Positions 45,750 through 55,007 of a stretch of 64,000 nt of DNA are shown piece after piece. How positions within the stretch are numbered: the stretch's first letter is position 1; each line of letters starts with the position of its first letter. Location: assembly GCA_018303805.1 (NCBI GenBank), contig JAGVXL010000001.1:506164-570163 (forward strand). Reading direction: 5' to 3'. This stretch comes from Candidatus Pacearchaeota archaeon (lineage in GTDB: Archaea; Nanobdellota; Nanobdellia; Pacearchaeales; DTIR01). The translations under genes and the position numbers were made by a program. The notes under the pieces were generated by a model. The model did no database searches. It worked only from the letters and a program-made list of their open reading frames with translations, and was not told the origin of the DNA.

Positions 45750-46895
45750 TTGAGCATGGAGCAGGGTGAAGTGAAAAAAGAGGTTGCCAGTAATATTAAG
45801 GAAGAGGAGAAGCATAGCACCCCAGAACCTAATTCTAAGGACTATGCGAAAGTCTCTGTTAAGAAACTTAGGCAGGAGGATATCCTTCCCATTTTGAAGC
45901 TTGTCGCGCCTGGAACTGCATTAAGTTCAGCGATAATAGACATAACAAAGGCAAAGAAAGGGGCGCTGATTATTGTTGACACGCAGAATTTGCAGAAGAT
46001 TATAGAGGGGGGATTCAGGGTAAACTGCAGGTTCACCCCCCAACGGCTGGTTGAATTGAGCAAGATGGACGGCGCAATCATCCTTTCGAAGGATATGAAA
46101 AAGATTCTTTATGCAAATACACTGCTCTCCCCAGACATAAGAATTCCGACGAGAGAAACCGGAACAAGGCACAAGGCAGCAGAAAGAACCGCCAAGCAGT
46201 TCAAGACAATTGCCATTGCTGTTTCAGAGAGGCGCAATACTATAACCCTCTATTATGAAAATTTGCGCTACAGCCTGAAGAATTCCAGCGAGGTTTTAAG
46301 CAGGGCAATTGAGTCATTGCAGCTTCTTGAAAAGCATTGTGAAATTTTTCAGGATTTGCTTACAAACCTCAACGTGCTTGAATTCACAAATCTGGCTACT
46401 ATAAATGACATATGCCTTATAATCCAAAGGGCGGAGATAATTCTCAAGATATCCACAATGATAAGGCGTTATATAGTGGAGTTAGGGAATGAGGGAGTCT
46501 TGCTCAGGATAAGGCTGAAGGAGCTTGTAAAGGATATAGAGAAGGAGGAGATGCTTGTCATAGAGGACTACTCAAAGCTGAAAGCAAGAAAAACAAAAAA
46601 CCTATTTTCAGTGCTTTCATTTGAAGAGCTCCTTGACATAAACAACATACTTCTTGCCCTTGCATGCAAAGAAGAGGACACCCCACTTGGTAAGGGCTCA
46701 AGGCTGCTTAGCAAGGCAAAAATTGAGCAGCAGGATATCCTCAAGCTTGTCAAGTCATTCAAGAATTTAAACACTATCTTTGAGTCCCCGACAGAAAAAC
46801 TTGCTGCAGTGTTGAATAATGAAAGTAAGGCAAGAAAGCTTCAGAAAGATTTAATACACATGAAAGAGCAGGTTATGTTGGGAAAGAGGATATAA
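45750..46895 (+). CDS. disA: DNA integrity scanning diadenylate cyclase DisA
   Basis: LKLVAPGTAL, DAC motifs DGA and TGTRHKAAE, AVSERR, linker, C-terminal HhH-like region. Confidence 0.93.
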   Translation: MSMEQGEVKKEVASNIKEEEKHSTPEPNSKDYAKVSVKKLRQEDILPILKLVAPGTALSSAIIDITKAKKGALIIVDTQNLQKIIEGGFRVNCRFTPQRLVELSKMDGAIILSKDMKKILYANTLLSPDIRIPTRETGTRHKAAERTAKQFKTIAIAVSERRNTITLYYENLRYSLKNSSEVLSRAIESLQLLEKHCEIFQDLLTNLNVLEFTNLATINDICLIIQRAEIILKISTMIRRYIVELGNEGVLLRIRLKELVKDIEKEEMLVIEDYSKLKARKTKNLFSVLSFEELLDINNILLALACKEEDTPLGKGSRLLSKAKIEQQDILKLVKSFKNLNTIFESPTEKLAAVLNNESKARKLQKDLIHMKEQVMLGKRI

Positions 46896-46918
46896 GCAAG
46901 CTTTCCGAACAAATAAAA

Positions 46919-47956
46919 ATGCTCACCCAAAAGGAGATATTGGAATTCCGTGAACTGCTAAATACTGCACAGAACCCTCTTTTTTTGTTTGATAATGATA
47001 CTGATGGCTTGTCTGCCTTCCTGCTTTTGAGGAGACTTGCAGGAAAAGGGAAGGGAGTTGTGATTAAATCTTTTCCTGACTTGAATGCAAGTTATACAAG
47101 GAAGCTTTACGAGTTCAATCCGGATTATGTATTTGTTCTTGACAAGCCATTAATTGCCAAGGAATTTATTGACACTGCCCTGTCTTTAGGAATAAAGGTT
47201 GTGTGGCTTGACCATCATCCATTGCAGGAGCATGAAGGTGTTTTTTACTTCAACCCGCTTGCATCAGAGCCTGCAACAAACGAGCCGACTTCCTACTGGG
47301 CTTACCAGATTGCAGGAAGGAAGAATGATGCATGGCTTGCGATGCTCGGCTGCATCGGCGACTGGTTTTTGCCTGAGTTTTCACAAGAGTTCCACAAGCA
47401 ATACCAGGATATTTTTTCAGATGTAAAAACAGCTGCCCAGGCACTCTATGAAACTCCTCTTGGCAAGATTGCAAAAATACTAAGCTTTGCATTAAAAGAC
47501 AGGACAACAAATGTCGTGAGGATGATTAAGTTTCTTATAGAAGTAAAAGATTTGCATGAACTGCTTGATGAGAACAGCAAGACAAGAACGATGTATAAAA
47601 GGTTCAGGGAGATAAACGGGAAATATTCCAAGCTTCTGGAAAAGGCAAAATCCTTTGCAAAAGGCAAGCTCCTGTTTTTCCAGTATTCTGGAGATTTAAG
47701 CATTTCAGGCGAGCTTGCAAATGAGCTTTTCTATAATTTCCCTGACAAGACAGTTGCAATTGCATACATAAAAGGGAGCGATGCGCAGATTTCATTGCGT
47801 TCAAAACAGGATATAAGAGAAAAAACAGCAATTGCAATTCAGGGTATTGAAGGAAGGTCAGGAGGGCATAAAAACGCCTGCGCTGCAAAAGTCCCTGTTT
47901 CTGACCTGCCGAAATTCAGGGAGAATCTGGAGAAAGAGCTTAATCCCTTAATATGA
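46919..47956 (+). CDS. DHH/DHHA1 phosphoesterase
   Basis: DNDTDG, VLDKP, LDHHP, SGGHKNA. Confidence 0.9.
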   Translation: MLTQKEILEFRELLNTAQNPLFLFDNDTDGLSAFLLLRRLAGKGKGVVIKSFPDLNASYTRKLYEFNPDYVFVLDKPLIAKEFIDTALSLGIKVVWLDHHPLQEHEGVFYFNPLASEPATNEPTSYWAYQIAGRKNDAWLAMLGCIGDWFLPEFSQEFHKQYQDIFSDVKTAAQALYETPLGKIAKILSFALKDRTTNVVRMIKFLIEVKDLHELLDENSKTRTMYKRFREINGKYSKLLEKAKSFAKGKLLFFQYSGDLSISGELANELFYNFPDKTVAIAYIKGSDAQISLRSKQDIREKTAIAIQGIEGRSGGHKNACAAKVPVSDLPKFRENLEKELNPLI

Positions 47957-49411
47957 TTTTCCAATATAGGCAAGATAATCTGCGTGTTTTCCGCAGATTA
48001 TGCATCTCTCATTGCGGGGCTTCTGCTTTTCTGGTATGTTCAGGACTTTTGCGCCGTCTGTCCTTGATTTCAGCATATCCTCGCATTCCCTTGACTTGCA
48101 TAAGGGCGTGAGGGCAATTTTTTTATCCTTGACTGCCTTTATTGTTTCTTGGAGCGATGCTGTTTTCACTATTCCATCTTTCAGCATTTTCTCTGCTTTT
48201 CTGAACAGGCATTCCTGGATGTCATCCAGAATTGCAGGAACTTTTTTCTCAATCTCAGAAATTTTTACAATTTCCTTTTTGCTGCTGTCTCTCCTGACAA
48301 GAATAGCAGAATTTTTTTCAATATCTTTCGGTCCTATCTCTATCCTCAGGGGAATGCCTTTTAATTCCCATTCATTAAACTTGAATCCGGGAGTATGCCC
48401 CTCTCTTGCGTCAAGGATTGGGCTGAATCTTTCAAGTTTCTTTTTTATTTCTTCTGCTTTTTTAATGACTTTGTTTTTGCTGTCATCAAAAAGTATTGGA
48501 ACAATAACAACAGCATTCTCGGCAATTTTTGGCGGCAGTATTAATCCCTTTGAATCAGAATGAATTGCGAACATAACCCCAATCATTCTTGTTGTTATCG
48601 CGAATGTATTCTGGTAGGCATACTGCTCCTTTCCGCTCTTGTCAAGGAATTTTATGCTGTATGCCTTTGCAAAGTTCTGCCCGTCATAATGGAAGTCAGG
48701 CCCCTGTATTGCTTTCCCGTTTGGCATCAGGAATTCCATCGAAATTGTGTATTCTGCCCCCGCAAATTTTTCTTTCTCACTTTTTCTGCCAATTAATGAG
48801 GGCAGTGCCATAAATTTTTCACAAATTTCCCTGTATATGGAAATCACCTGCTCTCTCTCAGCTTCTGCCTCTTCTTTTGTCGCGTAAACAGTATGCCCCT
48901 CATTCCACAGGAATTCCCTTGTCCTCAGGAAGGGGATAGGATTCTTAAATTCCCACCTTACAATGTTATTCCACTGGTTGATTTTCAACGGCAAGTCCCT
49001 CCAGCTTCTTATCCATTTAGAGTATGACTCATACATTATAGTCTCTGAAGTGGGGCGGACAGCAAGTCTTTCTGCAAGTTTTGTGTTTCCTGCTTCTGTA
49101 ACCCATGCAACCTCCGGACTGAACCCTTTGATATGCTCCTGCTCTTTTGCAAGTGTTTTTTCAGGGATGAACAATGGGAAATATGCATTTTTTATGCCTA
49201 ATACCCTAAACCTTTTGTCAATCTCTTCCCTGATTTTTTCCCATATTGCATATGCGCTTGGCTTCAGGATAATGCATCCAGAAACACTGCTGTAATCAGC
49301 CAAGTCCGCCTTAATCATCAGTTGAGTGAACCACTCAGAGAACTCATCCTTCTCGGCAGTAATACCAATCTCTTTCTTCTCTGGTTCTTTATTATTCCCT
49401 TTTTTTGCCAT
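47948..49411 (-). CDS. proS: Prolyl-tRNA synthetase (archaeal/eukaryotic type)
   Basis: AVRPTSET, QWNNIVRWE, FLRTREFLWNEGHT, C-terminal GKSY. Confidence 0.96.
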   Translation of the reverse strand: MAKKGNNKEPEKKEIGITAEKDEFSEWFTQLMIKADLADYSSVSGCIILKPSAYAIWEKIREEIDKRFRVLGIKNAYFPLFIPEKTLAKEQEHIKGFSPEVAWVTEAGNTKLAERLAVRPTSETIMYESYSKWIRSWRDLPLKINQWNNIVRWEFKNPIPFLRTREFLWNEGHTVYATKEEAEAEREQVISIYREICEKFMALPSLIGRKSEKEKFAGAEYTISMEFLMPNGKAIQGPDFHYDGQNFAKAYSIKFLDKSGKEQYAYQNTFAITTRMIGVMFAIHSDSKGLILPPKIAENAVVIVPILFDDSKNKVIKKAEEIKKKLERFSPILDAREGHTPGFKFNEWELKGIPLRIEIGPKDIEKNSAILVRRDSSKKEIVKISEIEKKVPAILDDIQECLFRKAEKMLKDGIVKTASLQETIKAVKDKKIALTPLCKSRECEDMLKSRTDGAKVLNIPEKQKPRNERCIICGKHADYLAYIGKSY

Positions 49412-49448
49412 GTTTGATATATGGTGGCCTATTTTATAAATATTAAGA

Positions 49449-49563
49449 TGGGCCTAAGAGGATTTGAACCCCTGTCTCTCGGTTTCTTTCGTTTTTCTTC
49501 GAGGTCTTTTTTTAAAAGAGCTCTCCGAAGCCGAGTGCCCTATCCAGGCTAGGCGATAGGCCC
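49449..49563 (-). tRNA. tRNA-Arg(TCG) with 41-nt intron at 37/38 (49484-49524)
   Basis: Acceptor GGGCCTA/TAGGCCC-A; stem CTCGG/CCGAG; loop CT-TCG-G|intron|A. Confidence 0.9.
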
Positions 49564-49612
49564 AAGCAATTCCAGGCAAAAGGAATTTAAAAGGTTAATC
49601 ACTTTTCCCTGC

Positions 49613-50800
49613 ATGGAAAAAGAGGGCTTTTACAGGGCAGTCACAACCCTTGTAGGCACAATTATTGGTGCAGGTATTCTTGCAATTCCTTATGCCATCA
49701 TGAAGGCAGGATTTCTTACAGGCCTGCTGAATCTTGTTGTGTTAAGCGCGGCTTCTTTTCTTATCTACCTGTTCACAGGAGAGATTGTGCTAAGGACAGA
49801 GGGAAATCACCAGTTGCCGGGCTATGCAGAAAAATATCTTGGCAAGGTTGGTAGCATGCTGATGGCTTTCGCAATGATATTTGGGATATATGGCGCGTTA
49901 GTCTCATATATCATTGGTGTCGGCAGAACTTTTACAGAGCTTTTTGGCATGCAGGATGTTTTATTGAATTTTCTCGGCTTTTCCTTCCAGTTCAATTTTA
50001 TTTTCAGCATCCTTTTCTTCATTTTTGTCTCTTTTGTTGTATATATCGGCTTGAAAATGGTCGGAAAATCAGAATTGATAATGAGCTCATTAATAATAAT
50101 CGCCCTGCTGTCAGTATCATTGCTTTCATTGCCACGGCTTGAGATTTCAAATCTTATGTCATTCAACTTTAGCAGGATTCTAACTCCTTATGGGGTGATA
50201 CTTTTTGCGCTTTCAGGGGCTGTTGCTGTCCCTGAAATGAAAGAGCAGCTGCAAAAGAACAGGAAACTGCTGAAAAAAGCAATTCTTGCCGGGGTTTTAA
50301 TTCCAGTTATTCTCTACTTTTTGTTTTCCCTGTCAGTTGTCGGTGCATGCGGCTCAGGAACAACAGAGATTGCAACTATCTGCCTGGGTCAGAAATTTGG
50401 CACCGTTGTCTTTTTGCTTGGCAATCTTTTTGCAATATTTGCGATGTCAACGAGCTTTATGAGCTTAGGGCTTGGACTGAAGGAGATGTATCATTATGAT
50501 TACAAGAAGAATGAAAATTTGTCTTGGGTTTATGCCTGCCTTGTTCCTTTTTTGTTCTATTTCCTGATATTATTTTTTGTTCAGGGAGAAATATTTTTTA
50601 AGACGATAGCAATCTCAGGCGGCATAACAATGACTTTAGAGGGCATTCTGATTGTGTTGATGCATAACAGGGCAAAAAAATATGGTGACAGGAAACCAGA
50701 ATACAGAATCAGGGCAAGTAAGATTATTTCTGCAATTTTAATCTTAATATTTTTACTTGGATTGCTTTATACCCTGCTGGAATTTGCTGGTGTGATTTAA
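49613..50800 (+). CDS. Amino acid permease (aromatic amino acid/APC family)
   Basis: GTIIGAGILAIP, about 11 TM segments, TSFMSLG. Confidence 0.88.
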   Translation: MEKEGFYRAVTTLVGTIIGAGILAIPYAIMKAGFLTGLLNLVVLSAASFLIYLFTGEIVLRTEGNHQLPGYAEKYLGKVGSMLMAFAMIFGIYGALVSYIIGVGRTFTELFGMQDVLLNFLGFSFQFNFIFSILFFIFVSFVVYIGLKMVGKSELIMSSLIIIALLSVSLLSLPRLEISNLMSFNFSRILTPYGVILFALSGAVAVPEMKEQLQKNRKLLKKAILAGVLIPVILYFLFSLSVVGACGSGTTEIATICLGQKFGTVVFLLGNLFAIFAMSTSFMSLGLGLKEMYHYDYKKNENLSWVYACLVPFLFYFLILFFVQGEIFFKTIAISGGITMTLEGILIVLMHNRAKKYGDRKPEYRIRASKIISAILILIFLLGLLYTLLEFAGVI

Positions 50801-50816
50801 ACTTAATCTAACATTG

Positions 50817-52193
50817 TTATTTTAATAATTTGAGCAATATTTCCCTTGCAATCCTGCTGTCTGCCCTGCCTTTTGTTGCAGCCATAACCTGCCCCAGCAA
50901 AAAGTCAAGCGCTTTTTTCTCCCCTGATTTAAAATCCTGGACTGCCTTTGGATTATTTTTCAGGATATCAACGCAGATTTTTTCAAGTTCCTCCTTGTCC
51001 TCAATCCTTGCTGTCTCTTTCAGTTTTTCCTTTGGATTGAATGATTTAGGGATGAACCTGTTCAGAAGTTTTTTTGCAGCAGTTTCAGTTATCTCCTTTT
51101 TTTCAATCATTTTGAGCAGCTCTGAAAAATGCCCGGGATTTATACTCACATCCTCAAGCTGCTTTTTATTCCAGTTTAAAATCCTCAGCAATTCAATTGT
51201 AACCCAGTATGAAGCAAGTTTCTTGTCAATGCCAAAATTCAGCACTTGCTCGTAAAATTCTGAAATTGCCCTGTTCTGGCTCAGCACTTCTGCAGTGTCA
51301 GTTTCAATCTTGTGCTGCTTCACAAATCTGTTTGTTTTTGCATGAGGAAGTTCAGGCAGTTCTTTCTCAATCTTAGCAGCGAGGTTTTTGTCATGAAGCA
51401 TGATTGGCAAGTCAGGGTCTGGAATAAATCTGTAGTCCTCTGCCTGCTCTTTTTCTCTCATTAAAATTGTTATGCCATTTGCCTCGTCAAAAGCCCTCGT
51501 TTCCCTTTTTACAGTATTTCCCTTTTTTGTTTCAGCTTCCTGCCTTGCAGTCTCGTACTCTACTGCTTTCATTATACTGTTCAATGAGTTGATATTTTTT
51601 ATCTCAACTCTTTCTCCAGAAGTAGAGATGTTTACATCTGCCTTTATGCCTGCATCCTTTTCTAGTGCTTTTATGTATCCAAGTGTGATTATCAATTTTT
51701 TCAGCCACTCTCTAACCTCTTTAGAGGATTTAAAGTCCGGCTCAGTAACAATTTCCACAAGAGGCAAGCCGCATCTGTTGTAATCAACTTCTCCTGTATC
51801 AGGATTCCATGCTGCAGGGTCTTCCTCAAGATGCACTTCCCTTATGCGTATGCCTAAGAATTCTCCTCCAGAGCCGACAGGTACACTATAAGAGCCAGAG
51901 ATTGTATCCTGATAACCTTTTGGCAGGTCAGGCCAGTCATAGTGCTTTCTCTGCCATATCAATGCCTTCTCGCTTAATTTGCATTCAAGCATTAATGCTA
52001 TTGCAATTGATTCCTTTATCGCCTCTTCATTAGGAAGCATCGGCTTGCTTCCGGGATATCCACAACAAATTGGGCAAATGTTAGTATTAGGTTTAGTATT
52101 TCCTTTTTTGTAATTAGTAGGACATCTACAAAAAAGTTTTTCTTTTGTTACTAAATATCCATGAACTTCTAATCCTATCTTAACATTTGACAT
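50817..52193 (-). CDS. gatB: Asp/Glu-tRNA amidotransferase subunit B
   Basis: KIGLEVH, CPICCGYPGSKP, HLEED, DYNR.G.PLVEIVTEPD, EIKNINS, DYRFIPDPDLP. Confidence 0.95.
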   Translation of the reverse strand: MSNVKIGLEVHGYLVTKEKLFCRCPTNYKKGNTKPNTNICPICCGYPGSKPMLPNEEAIKESIAIALMLECKLSEKALIWQRKHYDWPDLPKGYQDTISGSYSVPVGSGGEFLGIRIREVHLEEDPAAWNPDTGEVDYNRCGLPLVEIVTEPDFKSSKEVREWLKKLIITLGYIKALEKDAGIKADVNISTSGERVEIKNINSLNSIMKAVEYETARQEAETKKGNTVKRETRAFDEANGITILMREKEQAEDYRFIPDPDLPIMLHDKNLAAKIEKELPELPHAKTNRFVKQHKIETDTAEVLSQNRAISEFYEQVLNFGIDKKLASYWVTIELLRILNWNKKQLEDVSINPGHFSELLKMIEKKEITETAAKKLLNRFIPKSFNPKEKLKETARIEDKEELEKICVDILKNNPKAVQDFKSGEKKALDFLLGQVMAATKGRADSRIAREILLKLLK

Positions 52194-53193
52194 TTTTCAA
52201 GGCTATTTGGTTTAGTTTATTTATTTTTTCTGGATGATTGGAGGATATAACATTAAAAAATCTTCTTATAGTCTCTCGTTTGGATGTTCTTATCCTAAAG
52301 AACTCTTGATTTTGAGTTCTCTTGGGTTCACTTAGATTTATTCCATTTTCGTTGAGTTTATCTCTAACCCAAATAAGTATTTCACATGGAAGATCACTTG
52401 AGGCTTGCCCAATATCTAACCAAGGATTTTTCTTGGTTTCTCCTACCCCCCCTTCAGCATCAAAAAATCCTCTTATAAAAGAAAACTGTAAAGGCAGCTC
52501 AGAACTTTTTATAATCCTTGGGACTTCAATATCTCTAACCTTCTTCCCAGATTTTAGATTTAGCACATTTTTAAAAAAAAGATAGACTGGTTTAGAACAA
52601 ATTCTTAATGTGTACCATTTTTTTGATTCCTTTGTTTGAAAGTAGATATTTCCCTTAATGTTAAATTGTTTATATAAAATTTCATTTATCTTTTCTAAAA
52701 ATTCTTTATTACCCTCATAAAAATATATGGAATGTTCTTGAAAATCTCCTACATTTTCTTTTTTAAGGTGCCCATCTCCTTGGAAAAAACCAATTATATA
52801 AGCTAAATCCTTATTTAATTCTCTTGGTAATATTATTTTTCTTTGACTATTTTGGCTATATCCTTCATTACCCATGTAAATAAAATCCCATCTCTTTGTG
52901 AATTCTTTTTCACTTTTTTTACAATTCTTTTTCCAGAATCTTAATAAAACATAAATTTTTGAGATGGGAATAGGATTGTATCCCCTTACCCAAGAATAAA
53001 GTGTTTGATAGGGGATATTTAACTCTTTTGATAATTTCTTAATTGTTTTCTTATTATATAATTTTTTAATATCTGAATAAATTGATTTTATAGTTGGAGA
53101 AACACCATGCAAACAAATGTTTTTCCTTTTTTCCTTATTTTCTGCTTTTTCTATTTCTGGAAGGTAATTTTTAAGTTTCAATTTTAACTCCAA
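52180..53193 (-). CDS. Free-standing LAGLIDADG homing endonuclease with N-terminal HTH
   Basis: Two LAGLIDADG motifs (AYIIGFFQGDG, SFIRGFFDAEG); AT-rich codons; stop overlaps the gatB start by 14 nt. Confidence 0.9.
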   Translation of the reverse strand: MELKLKLKNYLPEIEKAENKEKRKNICLHGVSPTIKSIYSDIKKLYNKKTIKKLSKELNIPYQTLYSWVRGYNPIPISKIYVLLRFWKKNCKKSEKEFTKRWDFIYMGNEGYSQNSQRKIILPRELNKDLAYIIGFFQGDGHLKKENVGDFQEHSIYFYEGNKEFLEKINEILYKQFNIKGNIYFQTKESKKWYTLRICSKPVYLFFKNVLNLKSGKKVRDIEVPRIIKSSELPLQFSFIRGFFDAEGGVGETKKNPWLDIGQASSDLPCEILIWVRDKLNENGINLSEPKRTQNQEFFRIRTSKRETIRRFFNVISSNHPEKINKLNQIALKNVKC

Positions 53194-53362
53194 GTTTTCT
53201 GATTATTTCTATAGTATTCCAAGAATCTTTAATTTTCTTTTTAACATTATTTTCAAATTTTGATACAGCTGGTTGAGAAAGATTAAGTTTTTCTGCTATC
53301 TTTTTCTGCTTTAATCCTTTTTTTCTTAATTTTATAATCTCGATTTCTCTTTCTGTTAACAT
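53171..53362 (-). CDS. Small HTH protein (LuxR/sigma-r4-like)
   Basis: LTEREIEIIKL..KGLKQKKIAEKLNLSQPAVS. Confidence 0.85.
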   Translation of the reverse strand: MLTEREIEIIKLRKKGLKQKKIAEKLNLSQPAVSKFENNVKKKIKDSWNTIEIIRKLGVKIET

Positions 53363-53382
53363 AACTATTATAGGTTATATTA

Positions 53383-53401
53383 GATATATAAAACTTTCGG
53401 T
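53383..53401 (-). promoter_or_regulatory. BRE/TATA of the inserted cassette
   Basis: ACCGAAAGTTTTATATATC about 21 nt before the HTH ATG. Confidence 0.65.
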
Positions 53402-53402
53402 T

Positions 53403-53447
53403 TTAACAAGAAATATACCCATGTATCTCCAAGCCGATTTTTACCAT
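53403..53447 (-). pseudogene. gatB: Stranded 5' fragment of gatB
   Basis: MVKIGLEIHGYISC* vs intact MSNVKIGLEVHGYL; TATA-like GAAGATTTTTTAAAAT about 20 nt upstream (53467-53482). Confidence 0.8.
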
Positions 53448-53534
53448 AACAGGCCAAGCAAAAGGGATTTTAAAAAATCTTCCCTCTGAAAGAGATTAAA
53501 CCTTAGCAAGAAATCTGTCTGCTTCAGCTGATAG

Positions 53535-53681
53535 ATGAATTGTGTTAAATTATCTAAAAAGAAAGAAGGTAAGATTTATCATAAGTATGTTATTGTTTTA
53601 AAGAAAGGTTTAGTTGAAAAGGCAGGGTTCAAGGAAAGAGAGTATCTTTCAGAACACGAAGGGGGGAGGGCTATTGGATAG
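53535..53681 (+). CDS. Short AbrB-like ORF, possibly degenerate
   Basis: MNCVKLSKKKEGKIYHKYVIVLKKGLVEKAGFKE (48 aa, below track cut-off). Confidence 0.4.
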   Translation: MNCVKLSKKKEGKIYHKYVIVLKKGLVEKAGFKEREYLSEHEGGRAIG

Positions 53682-53899
53682 GGGAAGCCGAGAGATTTGA
53701 GAAGGGAGCAAGCCAGAGGGCTGATATCCTGAGAAAGCAGCGGAAGAAAAGGTAGATTTTTTCTTATCTCGTGTATTCCGTTTAGGTTGCAGGGCTTGGT
53801 TCTTGGGTTTTCGAGCCAGCAGGCGAGAAAACAGGTGGGGAAAGGGTCAAAAAGCTAAAAACAGAAAGGTTTAAATAATGTTTAAACATTGTTTAAACT

Positions 53900-54673
53900 A
53901 TGATAGAGACAGGAGTTATTAAAAATATAAGAAGATGGGGCAATTCTGCTGGGGTTCTGCTGCCTAGAGAGTGGATAGGAAAAGAAGCAAGAATAATCCT
54001 GGTGGACAGGAGCTTGGAGATAAGGAAAGAGGTTTTTGATATTCTCTCTGGCTATTTGGAAGACATTTTAGGGATATATCTCACAGGAAGCTATGCGAGA
54101 AATGAGCAAACTGAAGAGTCAGACATAGACATAATTGCTATTTCAAACAAAACAAAAAAAGAGATTATTTCAGGGAGATATCATGTTTCTATTGCAACCT
54201 TGGAGAGCATCAAAAAGACTTTAGAAACCAACCCTGAACTGATTCTGCCCAGGATAGATGAAGCCAAAATAATATTGAACAGCTCTCTGCTGGATGAATT
54301 GAAAAGCAAGAAAATAGGCAGAAATTCATTTAAAGGGTTTATAGGGGACAGCAGGAGAATAATCAGGATAAACAGGGGATTTATAGAACTGGATAAAGAA
54401 CAGGGATTTAAAGATTTAGATTCTGTTAATGTGATTTATTCAATTATTTTAAGGTTAAGGGGGGTTTTTCTTATTAACAAACTTCTTAAAAAAGAAAAAT
54501 ATAATAAGAAAGATTTTCTTCAATGGATAGAAAAAGAAGCTGGCAAAGAAGCAGAGAAAGTTTATGATACCTATCAACAAATAAGGGATGACAAGAAAGT
54601 TAAAGCAGAGATACAGATAGAAATCGCTGAAAGATTATTGAATAAACTGGAAAAAGAGGTAGATAAGCTATGA
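53900..54673 (+). CDS. Minimal nucleotidyltransferase with N-terminal AbrB-like segment
   Basis: RRWGNSAGVLLP; GSYAR..EESDIDI. Confidence 0.85.
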   Translation: MIETGVIKNIRRWGNSAGVLLPREWIGKEARIILVDRSLEIRKEVFDILSGYLEDILGIYLTGSYARNEQTEESDIDIIAISNKTKKEIISGRYHVSIATLESIKKTLETNPELILPRIDEAKIILNSSLLDELKSKKIGRNSFKGFIGDSRRIIRINRGFIELDKEQGFKDLDSVNVIYSIILRLRGVFLINKLLKKEKYNKKDFLQWIEKEAGKEAEKVYDTYQQIRDDKKVKAEIQIEIAERLLNKLEKEVDKL

Positions 54674-54852
54674 AAAGAAAAAAACGGCTGCAAAAAGGGA
54701 TTAAATCAATCAAAGAGCAGATAAATCTTCATGTTGAGAAAAAGGAGATTGCAAAAAAAAAGGGCAAAGTTGAATTGGCAGGATATTATAATAAGGAAAT
54801 AGAAAAATTAGAAGAAACAAAAGAGAAAAAAGAAAAGCAGATGGAAAGGTAG
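54670..54852 (+). CDS. Small basic helical protein
   Basis: ATGA overlap with the MNT gene. Confidence 0.6.
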   Translation: MKRKKRLQKGIKSIKEQINLHVEKKEIAKKKGKVELAGYYNKEIEKLEETKEKKEKQMER

Positions 54853-55007
54853 ATTCTGTATATTTTGAACGAGGTTTTTGATTTCTGTATTCTGTCTAAT
54901 CTGCAGGGCCGGGTTCTGAGTTTTTTAGCTGAGGAAGGGGGCTAAAAGACGGATTATGTAGACAAAAAATAGAAAGATTTAAATATGTAGTCACCTAATA
55001 TAATCAG

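Larger units (their letters stand above)
52194..53411 (-). mobile_element. HTH + LAGLIDADG cassette inserted in the 5' end of gatB
   Basis: Flanked by two gatB 5' ends; has its own BRE/TATA at 53383-53401; lower GC than flanks by eye. Boundaries approximate. Confidence 0.7.

Noticed and set aside
52180-53193. LAGLIDADG as an intein or a BHB intron in gatB
   Set aside because: It has its own start and stop in a different frame, no intein splice residues, and gatB downstream is complete, so splicing is not needed. RNA-level splicing cannot be fully excluded.
53690-53730. SRP RNA, suggested by GAAGGGAGCAAG
   Set aside because: The 5' partner CAGG..CC of helix 8 and the long flanking helices are missing; treated as chance.
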